64,000 bases of DNA from Gammaproteobacteria bacterium (GCA_965221695.1 OZ244905.1:832001-896000), one strand, 5' to 3'. Shown: positions 28,601 through 37,956, counted from the stretch's first letter. Translations and numbers: made by a program. Notes: generated by a model not told the origin, from the sequence alone.

Positions 28601-29882
28601 TGCTGCCGGCAATGTCCGTCCAGTTGCCGTAGTTGGTCTCGTTGATCTTCTTCCACTGTACCTGATACTTGGTGATACTGCTGTCGCCCGGGTCAATCCA
28701 GCGCAGTTCCACCTCCATGCTGTAAGCTAACGCCCTCAGACCGCTGGGCCGGGCGGGCGGCAGCCCCGGTGTCGCTGATGCTTCAGCCGATTCGGCGCTG
28801 TTGCCCTGGGCGTTCACCGCCCGAATCCGGAACGTGTAGGTGGTCCCGTTGGTCAACCCGGTAACCGTGTGGCTGGTGGTGGCGCCGCTGCCGTCAATGT
28901 CCGTCCAGTTGCCGTAATTACCGTTGCCTTGCTTGCGCCGCACCTGGTACTTGGTGATGTTGCTGTCGTTCGGGTTTGTCCAGCTCAGTGTCACCTCGGT
29001 ATTGCCTGGGGTAGCGCTCAATCCTGTTGGCTGGGCCGGTGGCCCTATCGGCGTCGCCGTCACGGTCGCCGCTTCGGAGCTGTCACCGCCGGCGTTCACT
29101 GCCCGAATCTGGAAGGTGTATGCCGTGCCGTTGGTCAGTCCGGTGACCAAGTGGCTGGTGGTGATCGCGCTGCTGCCGTTAATGTCCGTCCAGTTGCCGT
29201 AATTGCCGTTGCCTGCCTTCCGTCGTACCTGGTACTTGGTGATGCTGCTGTTGTCCGGATCAGTCCAATTCAGCCTCACCGTGGTATTGCCGGCGCTGGC
29301 TCTCAATCCTGTCGGCCGGTTCAGCGGCGGCACGTTGGTCGAGAAGGTTATCGTCTGCGAAGCGCCAATATTGAATACAATCTCGAAATCGTCATCGTTC
29401 AGATTTTGTTGCAAGGTGTTGTTGAAGGTCGCGCTTGTTCCATCCACATCGTAGGTGTTACCGTTTATCAGCGATGTGCTTAGCTGGATTCTGTTATTGA
29501 CGAAATTAACACGAATGAATGTGTTGGAGCTGAAGCCGCCTCCACTGGGAGCACGATCTCTGGTGCCGGAATATGGGGACGGTAACTCTAAAGACACGCT
29601 ACCAACGTCGTATGTCTTTCCGGTTCCGGATGTGCCGCCGATAAACCAATTGGAATCGTTCCCCTCGAATCGAAACGCGTGGGTTTCGATCGTCGACTGG
29701 TTACTGCGAAACGAAAAGGGAGATAGATCCAGACTGCCGTAAGCGTCTATCGTGCTGTTGGTGCCGTCGTCATGGAAATGGAACCACAGATCGCCCGCTG
29801 ACTGCGCGAGCAACGGCTGCGGACTGAACAGGCTGAGGACCAGCGCGAGTGCCGGGAACAGGCGTAGCGTGCGGTGTAGCAT
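19647..29882 (-). CDS. Giant autotransporter adhesin: 8 Fn3 repeats, 11 Calx-beta-like repeats, 4 cadherin-like repeats, C-terminal beta-barrel
   Basis: Signal peptide; GNWTDI..VTGLTN..YTF.IRAVN repeats; 107-aa LTEGG..TFTVAL..LTFTP.NY..QTVTV..DDD repeats; N(R/H/Q)(A/P)P..DADGD.L.Y repeats; amphipathic beta C-terminus. Confidence 0.9.
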   Translation of the reverse strand: MLHRTLRLFPALALVLSLFSPQPLLAQSAGDLWFHFHDDGTNSTIDAYGSLDLSPFSFRSNQSTIETHAFRFEGNDSNWFIGGTSGTGKTYDVGSVSLELPSPYSGTRDRAPSGGGFSSNTFIRVNFVNNRIQLSTSLINGNTYDVDGTSATFNNTLQQNLNDDDFEIVFNIGASQTITFSTNVPPLNRPTGLRASAGNTTVRLNWTDPDNSSITKYQVRRKAGNGNYGNWTDINGSSAITTSHLVTGLTNGTAYTFQIRAVNAGGDSSEAATVTATPIGPPAQPTGLSATPGNTEVTLSWTNPNDSNITKYQVRRKQGNGNYGNWTDIDGSGATTSHTVTGLTNGTTYTFRIRAVNAQGNSAESAEASATPGLPPARPSGLRALAYSMEVELRWIDPGDSSITKYQVQWKKINETNYGNWTDIAGSSATTTGHRVTGLDNDTEYNIRIRAVNARGNSAASAALTVDVYPPGQHLNFMRDLETTAGDTTVTLNWTWGFPQNPPTIFDRYQVRWKQSGGNYGNWTDIAGSDFFTISHIVTGLTNNIEYTFEIGSLFTDGHRITEDATATPMPPPAQPTGLTATAGDTEVALSWTNPNNRSIARYQVRQKTGNNNYGDWTTISGSNRNTTSHTVTGLTNNTAYTFQVRAVNAIGDGAESAAVTATPATPPAQPTGLTATANNMQVALRWTDPGDNSITRYQVRQKAGSGNYGNWADIDGSSAATTRHTVTGLTNDTAYTFRIRAMSANTPGPESAEVTATPVSVAAPTSLTARASTEVPDVVTLTWAMTANETIDSWRYRTRQGSGNFGRWVDIRDSRGSLKDHSTRTHAVSDLPIGSSLTFEVRAVVDGVGQVPSPQASATPNILDGWLNFKTAGCSARGPILLDPDAPPGRRDVWLSQNGDPIEFGIAIFADDCRPMRDHSGADWPHAWQTLYDEYSTSFGPAPSGVFRVENVVRGVVVNSRDQYDYADGQNKMRITPLANSGSAIIVMSVNDYNLPGEGIGSIRYDYDIHLTVGYALLVTPTELALTEGGAADTFTVALSAEPESNVTVTVVSDDPGAAAVSPASLTFTPGNYSRAQTVTVTPQDDTDEENEQVTVALEASGAEFTRAAGEVRVTVDDDDGLAKPANLTATGGDAQVVLSWDDPQDTRITKYQLRYKLGNSFDATDAWTDMENSGASTTTHTVTRLLNNRQYVFQIRAATATLESPASDPATATPKPPPALALSDTSIPLTEGGNAEIFTAALTARPTATVTVAVASADAGAAEVSPESLTYTPNNFDIAQTLTVTPQDDADATDETTMVTLDASGAEYDDADENVAVTVDDDEAPSLTLTGVPVALFEGGPNKSFTVALTVRPTSNVNVRVFISDAGAVRTSGTGNLTFTPDNYNIAQAVTLVPQSDADAADERVTLTLDASGAEYANADRTVTVTVADDEIRSLALTGVPVALTEGGAAKTFTVALSVQPTTLVSVGLWVSDIAAVEVSPAVLTFNTANYNRPQTVTVSPVSDPDAADERVMVTLDASGGGYDNADRNVTVTVADDETASLTLTGTPVALTEGGAAKTFTVALNAEPITNVLVSLANGDTGAVTVSPATLMFRRSNYNSAQTVTVTPLDDLDASDERVILSLNASGGDYDAADEDVTVTVADDETISLTLTDTPVALTEGGAARTFTVALGAQPTANVTVAVASADAGAAAVSPDTLTFTPANYTRAQAVTVTPQDDDDAADESTRVTLDASGGGFDDADEAVAVTVDDDETATLALSPDNLGLTEGGAAGEFTVALSARPTANVTVAVASLDMGAARVSPETLTFTADNYTDAQTVTVTPQDDDDAVNESARVTLDATGAEFDDADSEVAVTVADDEGASLSLSRNSLPLTEGGAAETFTVLLSAQPTANVTVALTSADAGAAAVSPDTLTFTPDDYNNAQTVTVTPQDDDDAADETTTVTLDASGAEFDDADEAVAVTVADDETASLTLTDTPVALSEGGSAKTFTVALGAKPTANVTVAVTSLDTGAVAVSPGSLTFTPDNYTEAQTVTVSPQSDDDAANETTTVTLDASGAEFDDADEEVAVTVADDESASLTLTDIPVTLTEGGDAKTFTVALSVKPSVNVMVAVTSLDTSAAVVSPASLTFTPDNYSTAQAVTVTPVDDANAEDESTSVALDSSGAEFDDADETVVVTVTDDDMAALTITPTELTLLEGGTGTFTVALEHEPADTVTVAVSGAGDVSVSEGASLTFTLTDYATPQTVTLRAARDNDGNDDSVTVTLGAAGGGYDDLTGEVAVTVTDNFTQSSSNHPPILVAPIPDQTVVVDDTLTLDAAAAFRDADGDRLSYRTASNAPSFATVSVDATGLLTVTGVSVGLASVSVTVSDGKGGAASDTFTVTVVDSADGMNRAPEVAIPLDDQEIEVDETRQLDVSGAFIDADGDALTYTAVSDDNAVVTVAVSGNTLTLTGITVGVTNVTVTAADGRDGEASDTFTVTVIEAGAGMNQAPDVVMPLADQELEVDETRQLDVSGAFTDADGDALTYAAVSADESVVTVAVSGDTLTLTGIAVGTARVTVTASDGRGGSAEDTFMVTVVDPNRAPAVTDPLDDREIEVEDKEQVDVSGVFTDADGDPLTYTAHADHDAIVTVSVSDTVLILTGLSVGTTSVTLTAADGHGGTVSDTFNVWVTEAGIGQSDLVGVHEDVLPQLTRSVVGRTTQVLSDRIRNARARTGMSSRAGSVSAPFQAPPAAGRLAPSSGHSQAWPQAGRAGLAPERRPARSGAGQPAPVATPLPSLAGAGAPVGETYAETGSKLPLLGIDTVFTQSATGSTAAETGAETGPGLPLLGIDAAFAQSAADWPVPVATRMPSLALALAPVNDAYAQIGITLPLLGIEEVLARPLAGQPASVATPLPSLAVAGAPVTDAHAEIGITLPSLGLNERPSQSVAGQIALTSGHLLAQGVDEDAAQLSAGQLLAGNTREDYTGMDNRSQRSATGMGTAALLRPAAEVFEVFDTPGGWEHRRKVNLRQLLSRTSFVLPLNFGAGDGSGGTTDKVVTLWGDGGYNELRSKGDGAVDWDGGVASFHLGADMRVSEQALVGAALSRTEARFDYTDRGADGRALTGDYDVSLTGIHPYADWLVSENLSVWGTLGYAAGDLDLTVDEETYLEESDLELYMAALGLNGELYQDGAWQLDFRSEMLYAAMSAEDAPDVDVQRLRAVFAGSHTSVVDAGQFEQFAELGVRVDEGDGNSGAGLDLAGGLRYITQTGWLAQLRGGGLLANSDYREWQASALLEKSYQADGTGWMLRLSPHYSPTRSLGSLEGGAQRLWERNIDDMVRGQRSPDADEYQFSMQTELGYGLFVRDRLWTLYSSATGLGESSRRFTLGAEMSDVLLGGSVLRVGFEGMREESFWNAAPEHSLWLNLQWGYR

Positions 29883-29928
29883 TGAACTGAGCGCGTTGGC
29901 GCACGCAGGTGCGGATGCGAGAATGGTC

Positions 29929-29940
29929 GGGGGGGGGGGG
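29929..29940 (-). repeat. C12 homopolymer in the 5' region of the adhesin gene
   Basis: 12 consecutive G on the plus strand, between ATG 30004 and ATG 29882. Confidence 0.9.
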
Positions 29941-30226
29941 AATTAGATTCACGCAAGGACAACATGTTGATGCCGTGCCCGCCGTTACTCAAACTGTTAC
30001 GCATGGTCGGAATTTCCCCTCGTAGTATTGCTATCTTATGTACGATACTGCCGTTAAACCTTATACCTGTATCACAACAACCATTCAAATATATATGAAA
30101 TATAAGAGAAAAGCAAGGTCAAGATAAATTCGGGAATTTTTCCTATATCCCGCGCCGGCGAGATGCGCGGGCGTTAATACAGAGCAGGTGGGGCTTATTC
30201 CAGGGTTCCTTGCCGCCTGAGCCGGC

Positions 30227-30649
30227 TTACAAGACAAACTTATTTAGCGTAAATATGAACCCAACTATCAAAATCAACTGGCCCACCATCCACTTGGCCA
30301 TATCAGTCTTGGCGTGACTGATGGCAACATCAAGGTCCTGCTTGGTGGCCATGTTCTGGCGAATATCTTCGAGCTCTTCCTTGGTGGCCATGTTCTGGCG
30401 AATATCTTTGATCTCCTGTTCAACCTTGTCAAAACGCCGGTCAATTTTTTTGATGTCCGCTCTCGTCGCCAGGTTGTTCAACAGATCACCCTGCTCCGCA
30501 GCCAGCGCTTCCGCCTGCTGCTCGTTAAAACCGCATGCTGTCATCCGTTTTACGTAGGCATGTTCGTTGAACATGAGTATGTCGTGCTCCGGCGTAAAAT
30601 AATGTGATTCTGCCGCTGGTTTTGCTTGTGCTACCGTTGTTTCATTCAT
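30227..30649 (-). CDS. DUF1640/CCDC90-like coiled-coil membrane-anchored protein
   Basis: GFNEQQAEAL, LATRADI, ATK..L repeats, KWMVG plus C-terminal TM helix. Confidence 0.75.
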   Translation of the reverse strand: MNETTVAQAKPAAESHYFTPEHDILMFNEHAYVKRMTACGFNEQQAEALAAEQGDLLNNLATRADIKKIDRRFDKVEQEIKDIRQNMATKEELEDIRQNMATKQDLDVAISHAKTDMAKWMVGQLILIVGFIFTLNKFVL

Positions 30650-30763
30650 GGTTTAACTCCCGTTATTCCGTTCATTAGTTATGTAAATGATCGAGTAAAC
30701 ATTTCTGTTTACTGTTGGTAACTGATGTTAGTAGCCTGTTATGGGGTTGTCAAGGTGGAATAA

Positions 30764-30892
30764 TGTGTCGCCCGGGGGCGACGCTTTGTTTTACTGGATT
30801 CCCGCTTGCGCGGGAATGGGATGAGGGGTTAGCGCCAGCCTGGGATCGCAGGCGACTCGCCTGCTTGCGGGCGGGACGCCCGCGCTCCCAGG
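30764..30892. repeat. REP cluster (dRS3-like unit plus a second palindrome family)
   Basis: gtcgccc..gggcgac, attcccgc..gcgggaat, cctgggatcgc...gcgctcccagg (fragments also at 10131 and 35243-35268). Confidence 0.8.
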
Positions 30893-31029
30893 AAAAGCGG
30901 TAAAACACAAAGTATTATGCATTTGCCCTGGGGATTTTTTCTGTATCGCTCCTGCTTCAGAAGACTGCAATAATGATAGCATCATAATATGATTGCTATT
31001 ATTGAAAGCAAATGATAGTGGTGATGATT

Positions 31030-31296
31030 ATGGTAAGTCTGACTATACGTAATATGCCGGATGATATTCATCGTGCATTACGAGCACGCGCTGCCCGAAA
31101 TGGTAACAGCACGGAAGCTGAGGTCCACGCAATCCTGAAAGATACCGTAAAGCCGGCGAGTCGCGTCAAGCTGGGTTCGATACTGGCTGGGATAGGTCGC
31201 AAAGCACAATTGACCAACGAAGAATTCGCGATCATTGAGCAAGTACGCGACAAGATACCTGCTCGGAGTTGTCCTGCTGCCATCCGAAAAACGTAG
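31030..31296 (+). CDS. FitA/Arc-like ribbon-helix-helix antitoxin (orphan)
   Basis: LTIRNMPDDIHRALRARAARNGNSTEAEVHAIL..VKLGS. Confidence 0.8.
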   Translation: MVSLTIRNMPDDIHRALRARAARNGNSTEAEVHAILKDTVKPASRVKLGSILAGIGRKAQLTNEEFAIIEQVRDKIPARSCPAAIRKT

Positions 31297-31315
31297 GGCT
31301 ACATTAATGTAGCCC

Positions 31316-32932
<1,617 letters not shown>

Positions 32933-32983
32933 TTTCTTTCCCCCAGATTATTGCTGTGTAAATTTTACCATCTTACCTGAGAC

Positions 32984-33114
32984 CTGTACCATTCCCGTGC
33001 AAACGGGAATCCAGTGGAACAAAGGGTCGCCCGGAGGGCGACACTGTATTTGACTGGACTCCCGCTTTTCAGCCTGCCCCTGTATGGCGTTGAGCAGGGG
33101 CGGGAGTGGGACGG
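32984..33114. repeat. REP/dRS3-like palindrome cluster with nested insert (reverse orientation)
   Basis: attcccgt..acgggaat, gtcgccc..gggcgac, actcccgc..agcctgcccctg..cagggg..gcgggagt. Confidence 0.85.
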
Positions 33115-33192
33115 AGGCATGACTTGGCTGATGCCAATCGTTACACGCCGTCGGGGTGAGCAACGTCCTGATCAGGAAGATTTATCAGAAAA

Positions 33193-34110
33193 TTATATAC
33201 CGGTCTCGTCGAAGCGGGAATAGAATTCAGCGGCCGGCTGCCTTGGCCGTCCTTCTAAAGTCTCCATGTTGTTCATCAGGTATTCTACCGAGTCTTCCCG
33301 CACTGCGCGGTAGATGTTTTTTGTCAGGTTATACGCTGCAGCGCCGGACCAGTTCGGCGGCAGGAGTTCGGCTGGCAGGTCGGAATCCTGTAAATGTATG
33401 CGCCGGTATTCGTGAATCAGCAGCGCGCGCGCCTGGAACGATTGCCCGGGGTCTGTTTTCTTCGCGCTTTTCAAGGCGCGGTAAACAGGATGGTAGCGGC
33501 GGATAAAATGCTGGTATCTTCGTTCTATCTCTCCCAGGTCCCAGCAATCATGGGATAACTGCCGTAATACCTCGCGCGAGGCGAGTTCTTCCGTAGCGGC
33601 GATAAACACCAGTGTCTTCCCGGTCAAACCCAGTTCCATCAGGGTCTCATCCAGTGATTGCCTGTCAGCGGAAGGGTAAGCCAGCAATCCCGGCAACAGC
33701 GCGCCGTAGCCCAGCCATGACAACTCCCGGCGTAACTGCTCTTTCTCCTCCTGGTTGCAGAGAGAAGGCAATACCAGGGTCCACTTGCCGTCCCAGGGCT
33801 GGCGCCCGGCATAATATATGCGGCGCGCGGCCTTTTCGTAATGCTTTCGCCCCGCTTCGGTGAAACTATAATAACTGCGCCTGCCTACCTGCGTTGCGGC
33901 CAGCCAGTCCTCTTTCACGAGTCTGAACACCGCGGTGCGAATCTGCCTGTGATTCAGACCGAACGGTTCCAGTATCCTGATCAGGCTGCCCAGCCAGATA
34001 GCGCCGCCATGGGGGGAGACCACATCGCCAAACAGGGTAATGACCAGCGAGCCGGTACGGATGGGCTTGCGCGCGGAAAACTCCTCCAGCAGGTTGCTGA
34101 CCTGTTTCAT
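33193..34110 (-). CDS. paaX: Phenylacetate degradation repressor PaaX
   Basis: SLVITLFGD, RTAVFRL, WDGKW, LIHEYRR..D..LP.ELLP..W.G. Confidence 0.93.
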   Translation of the reverse strand: MKQVSNLLEEFSARKPIRTGSLVITLFGDVVSPHGGAIWLGSLIRILEPFGLNHRQIRTAVFRLVKEDWLAATQVGRRSYYSFTEAGRKHYEKAARRIYYAGRQPWDGKWTLVLPSLCNQEEKEQLRRELSWLGYGALLPGLLAYPSADRQSLDETLMELGLTGKTLVFIAATEELASREVLRQLSHDCWDLGEIERRYQHFIRRYHPVYRALKSAKKTDPGQSFQARALLIHEYRRIHLQDSDLPAELLPPNWSGAAAYNLTKNIYRAVREDSVEYLMNNMETLEGRPRQPAAEFYSRFDETGI

Positions 34111-35193
34111 TCACTGGTCGAAATCGACGACGACCCGATCACTGATCGGGTGAGCCTGACAGGTAAGTATATAACCCCGCGCCAACTCATCCGGCTCCAG
34201 GGCATGGTTGATATCCATATCCACTTCCCCTTCCAGCAGTTTTGCCTTGCAGGTGGCACAAACGCCGCCTTTACACGCGAACGGCAGGTCGACGCCGTTA
34301 TCCAGGGCACTGTCAAGAATGTTCTGGCCGTCTGCGCTCAGCTCAAACCGGGTCTGGCGGCCATCCGCATTGACCGTGACCTGCGCCACCATCCCGGCCA
34401 GTTTCAGCGCCCGCTCATGGTGTTTCGCCACTCTTACCGCGGCCGCCTCGGCTGACGCCGCGAACAGCTCATAATGTATTTTGCTCTCGTCGATGCCCTC
34501 GGCGCGCAACCCCCGGGAGACTTCGGAGATCATCGCTTCCGGTCCGCACAGGAAAAATTCGTCGACCGCGCGCAGGTCGAGCAGGCGCTGAATTAATTCC
34601 GCGCCTTTTCTGTTATTGATGCGGCCGTTCAGGATTTCAATATCCTGGTGTTCCCGACTGAGGATATTGATCCACTGGAAGCGAGACATATATTGATTTT
34701 TGATGTCTTCCAGCTCTTCCCTGAACATCATGGTCGCCACCCGCTGGTTGCCGTACAACAGGGTCACATGGCTGTCCGGCTCCCGTTTCAGTACAGTCTT
34801 GATAATCGAGATGATCGGTGTAATGCCGCTGCCGGCGGCAATGCACAGGTAATTGCGTTCGCTGTCCTCACTCAGCGGTGTGAAGAATGTCCCCTGGGGC
34901 GGCATGACTTCCAGCTTATCGCCGCTGGCCAGGTTCTCGTTGGCGTATGTTGAAAAGACGCCACCTGCGACTTTCTTGACCGCAACCCGCAGGGTTCCGT
35001 CGTCCACACCGGAACAGATGGAGTAGGAACGTCTGACCTCCGCGCCATCGATGTCCGCCTTCAGCGTCAGGTACTGGCCCTGGATAAACCGGTAGAGGTC
35101 GGATAAATCCGCGGGCACGTCAAACGTTAGGCACACCGAGTCGTCCGTTTCCTTACGTATATCACTGATGGTCAGAGGGTAAAATTCAGGCAT
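34111..35193 (-). CDS. paaE: Phenylacetyl-CoA epoxidase reductase subunit
   Basis: RRSYSIC, AAGSGITP, CGPEAM, 2Fe-2S motif CKGGVCATC...LTCQ. Confidence 0.93.
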   Translation of the reverse strand: MPEFYPLTISDIRKETDDSVCLTFDVPADLSDLYRFIQGQYLTLKADIDGAEVRRSYSICSGVDDGTLRVAVKKVAGGVFSTYANENLASGDKLEVMPPQGTFFTPLSEDSERNYLCIAAGSGITPIISIIKTVLKREPDSHVTLLYGNQRVATMMFREELEDIKNQYMSRFQWINILSREHQDIEILNGRINNRKGAELIQRLLDLRAVDEFFLCGPEAMISEVSRGLRAEGIDESKIHYELFAASAEAAAVRVAKHHERALKLAGMVAQVTVNADGRQTRFELSADGQNILDSALDNGVDLPFACKGGVCATCKAKLLEGEVDMDINHALEPDELARGYILTCQAHPISDRVVVDFDQ

Positions 35194-35302
35194 CTTCAAT
35201 AACAATAAGTCTAAGTCTATGCGTCAAGGTCATGCAATTGGCGCGGTCGAGACGCCCGCGATCCCAGGGAACGCATGCATGTCCGATATTATTTCATCTG
35301 CG

Positions 35303-35827
35303 TTAAATGCATTTGAAATAGTCAAAAGGTTCCAGGCAGGTTTTGCACCGGTGCAAGGCCTTGCATGGGGTGGATCCGAAGCGGCTGATTTCTTCCGTAT
35401 CGGTGGATTGGCAGCGCGGGCAGGATAACACTGCAAACGGTGTTCGCAAACTCTGTTTGGCGCCGGAACCCGCGGGGGGCACAATACCGTATTGCAGCAG
35501 TTTTTCTCTGCCGGCCGCGCTCAGCCAGTCAGTGGTCCAGGCCGGCGCAAGCTGTGTGATCAATTCAACATCCGGATGGCCGTTCCGATCCAATGCAGCC
35601 CTGACATCGTCCTCTATGGTCTGCATCGCCGGGCAACCGCTGTAGGTGGGTGTAATGATTACCTGGATCCTGCCGTCATGCCAACGCACCTCGCGCAATA
35701 TACCCAGGTCGGCGATGGTCAATACCGGTATTTCCGGGTCGGTAACCTGTTCCAGTACTTGTTTTACCTTTGCAAGCGTGCCTTCAATGCACCCAGCAGG
35801 TAATTCCGTTGCGTAAACGGCAGCCAT
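35303..35827 (-). CDS. paaD: Phenylacetyl-CoA epoxidase subunit
   Basis: DPEIP, TPTYSGCPA, WTTDW, CPRC, FGSTPCK, EPFDYFKC. Confidence 0.93.
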   Translation of the reverse strand: MAAVYATELPAGCIEGTLAKVKQVLEQVTDPEIPVLTIADLGILREVRWHDGRIQVIITPTYSGCPAMQTIEDDVRAALDRNGHPDVELITQLAPAWTTDWLSAAGREKLLQYGIVPPAGSGAKQSLRTPFAVLSCPRCQSTDTEEISRFGSTPCKALHRCKTCLEPFDYFKCI

Positions 35828-35834
35828 TGCGACC

Positions 35835-36587
35835 TCACCAGTTCAGGCCGGGATAGGTACGCTGCAGGGACTGCATCTCAGCCAGCAGGTATCCCATGTG
35901 TTCCGAATGCAAGCCCTGGCGTCCGCCGCCGCGGGTGAAGCCGGGCTGCGGGCGTTCCAGCATTGCCTCGCGGAAAACCCGTTCCACCTCTTCATTCCAC
36001 GAGGTCTCGATACTGTTCAAGTCCACGCCGATACCTTGTTCCTGCATGGTCCGGTCCACCTCATCCGCGGCAAACAACTCAGGGGTGAACGGCATCAGTT
36101 CCGTTATCGCCCGGGTCGTTTTTTCATGGCTCTCCTCGGTGCCGTCACCTAAGCGCACCATCCATTCGCTGCTGTGGCGCAGGTGGTATTCACATTCTTT
36201 CAGGGTTTTCGCGGCTATTGCTGCCAGTGTGGTATCCGCCGAGTCCCGTAAAGCGCGGTAATAGTAATAATCATAGGCATCGACAAAAAACTGCCGCGCG
36301 GTGGTGAAGGCAAAATCGCCTATCGGCAACTCCATGATATGGAAATTCCGGAACTCCCGCTCACTGCGGAAATAAGCGAGATCGTCCTCGCCCCTGCCCT
36401 GCCCTTCCACCTCGCCGGCGTAGGTCAGCAACATGCGGGCGCGCCCGATCAGGTCCAACGCGGTGTTGGTCAGCGCCAGGTCTTCTTCGAGGAACGGGCC
36501 ATGGCCGCACCATTGCGCTAGCCGCTGGCCGTTTATCAGGGCATTGTCCCCAAGTCTCAGCAGGTACTGAAACAGGTCCTGGTTCAC
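35835..36587 (-). CDS. paaC: Phenylacetyl-CoA epoxidase beta subunit
   Basis: LGDNALI..QRL..WCGHGP.LEEDLA, RLGDGTEES, LAEMQSLQR.YPG. Confidence 0.93.
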   Translation of the reverse strand: MNQDLFQYLLRLGDNALINGQRLAQWCGHGPFLEEDLALTNTALDLIGRARMLLTYAGEVEGQGRGEDDLAYFRSEREFRNFHIMELPIGDFAFTTARQFFVDAYDYYYYRALRDSADTTLAAIAAKTLKECEYHLRHSSEWMVRLGDGTEESHEKTTRAITELMPFTPELFAADEVDRTMQEQGIGVDLNSIETSWNEEVERVFREAMLERPQPGFTRGGGRQGLHSEHMGYLLAEMQSLQRTYPGLNW

Positions 36588-36868
36588 AGCTTGAGGTCTT
36601 CCGGCACGTCGTAAAAGGTTGGATGGCGGTAGATCTTGTCTTCTGCCGGCTCGAAAAAACTGTCCTCGTCTTCCGGCTGGCTGGCAACGATATCAGCAGA
36701 TTTCACCACCCAGATGCTGCATCCCTCGTTGCGGCGGGTATAGGTATCGCGTGCATATTGCAGGGCCTGCTCAGAGTCAGTCGCATGAATGCTGCCGGCA
36801 TGTTTGTGATCCAGCCCCCGCTTGTTGCGCACAAACACTTCCCACAGGGGCATCCGTTTATCTGTCAT
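36584..36868 (-). CDS. paaB: Phenylacetyl-CoA epoxidase subunit
   Basis: LWEVFVR, H.GS.HA, ARDTYTRRNEG.SIWVV, YRHPTFY. Confidence 0.93.
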   Translation of the reverse strand: MTDKRMPLWEVFVRNKRGLDHKHAGSIHATDSEQALQYARDTYTRRNEGCSIWVVKSADIVASQPEDEDSFFEPAEDKIYRHPTFYDVPEDLKL

Positions 36869-36973
36869 GGCCAAACTTCCTGGCAATGGCCGTTGATAGT
36901 TGATCCAAGCACTGCTCAGCGCCGATGGACAGTTCCCACGGGGACAACCGCTTATCCGTCATGGTCAAGTTAC

Positions 36974-37924
36974 TCAGGCAGCGATCTTTTGCGCCCGCTG
37001 CCGTTGCTTGTCAGCATAGGCCAGGGCGGCTTCCCGCACCCACGCGCCGTCGTCATGGGCCTTGACACGGTCGCGCAAGCGTTCGTGGTTGCAGGGGCCG
37101 TTTCCGGCGATGACCTGGAAGAATTCCTCCCAGTCTATTTCGCCGAAATCGTACTGACCGCGCGCGTCATTCCACTTCAGATCAGGATCGGGCAACGTCA
37201 GGCCCAGGTATTCGGCCTGGGGTACAGATTGATCCACAAACTTCTGGCGCAGTTCATCATTGCTGAAACGCTTGATTTTCCATTGCATGGATTGGGCTGA
37301 ATGGGTGGAATCAGCGTCGCTGGGACCGAACATCATCAACGCCGGCCACCACCACCTGTTTACCGCGTCCTGGGCCATGGCTTTTTGCTCTTCGGACCCG
37401 CGGCACAGTGTCATCAGCAACTCATAGCCCTGGCGCACATGAAAGCTCTCTTCCTTGCAGATGCGCACCATGGCGCGAGCATAGGGGCCGTAAGAGCAGC
37501 GGCACAGCGGAACCTGGTTGAGGATGGCCGCGGCATCCACCAGCCAACCGATGGCGCCGATATCCGCCCAGGTCAGAGTCGGGTAATTGAAGATGCTGGA
37601 GTACTTGGCCTTGCCGGAATGCAGTTGATCGATCAACTCCTCGCGGGACACGCCCAGGGTCTCCGCAGCGCTGTACAGGTACAGACCGTGCCCGCCCTCG
37701 TCCTGCACCTTGGCCAGCAGGATCGCCTTGCGCCGCAGGGTCGGCGCACGCGTGATCCAGTTGCCCTCCGGCAACTGGCCGACAATCTCGGAATGGGCAT
37801 GTTGCGAAATCTGCCTGATCAGAGTTTTCCGGTACGTTTCAGGCATCCAGTCACGCGGTTCGATTTTTTCCTCGGCATCGATCCGCTGTTGAAAAATATC
37901 CGCCAATGCTGCTGTATCGGTCAT
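36974..37924 (-). CDS. paaA: Phenylacetyl-CoA epoxidase catalytic alpha subunit
   Basis: [23 protein letters not shown] diiron motifs. Confidence 0.95.
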   Translation of the reverse strand: MTDTAALADIFQQRIDAEEKIEPRDWMPETYRKTLIRQISQHAHSEIVGQLPEGNWITRAPTLRRKAILLAKVQDEGGHGLYLYSAAETLGVSREELIDQLHSGKAKYSSIFNYPTLTWADIGAIGWLVDAAAILNQVPLCRCSYGPYARAMVRICKEESFHVRQGYELLMTLCRGSEEQKAMAQDAVNRWWWPALMMFGPSDADSTHSAQSMQWKIKRFSNDELRQKFVDQSVPQAEYLGLTLPDPDLKWNDARGQYDFGEIDWEEFFQVIAGNGPCNHERLRDRVKAHDDGAWVREAALAYADKQRQRAQKIAA

Positions 37925-37956
37925 CGTTATTTACCTCGATATCGCCATTGAATTAA

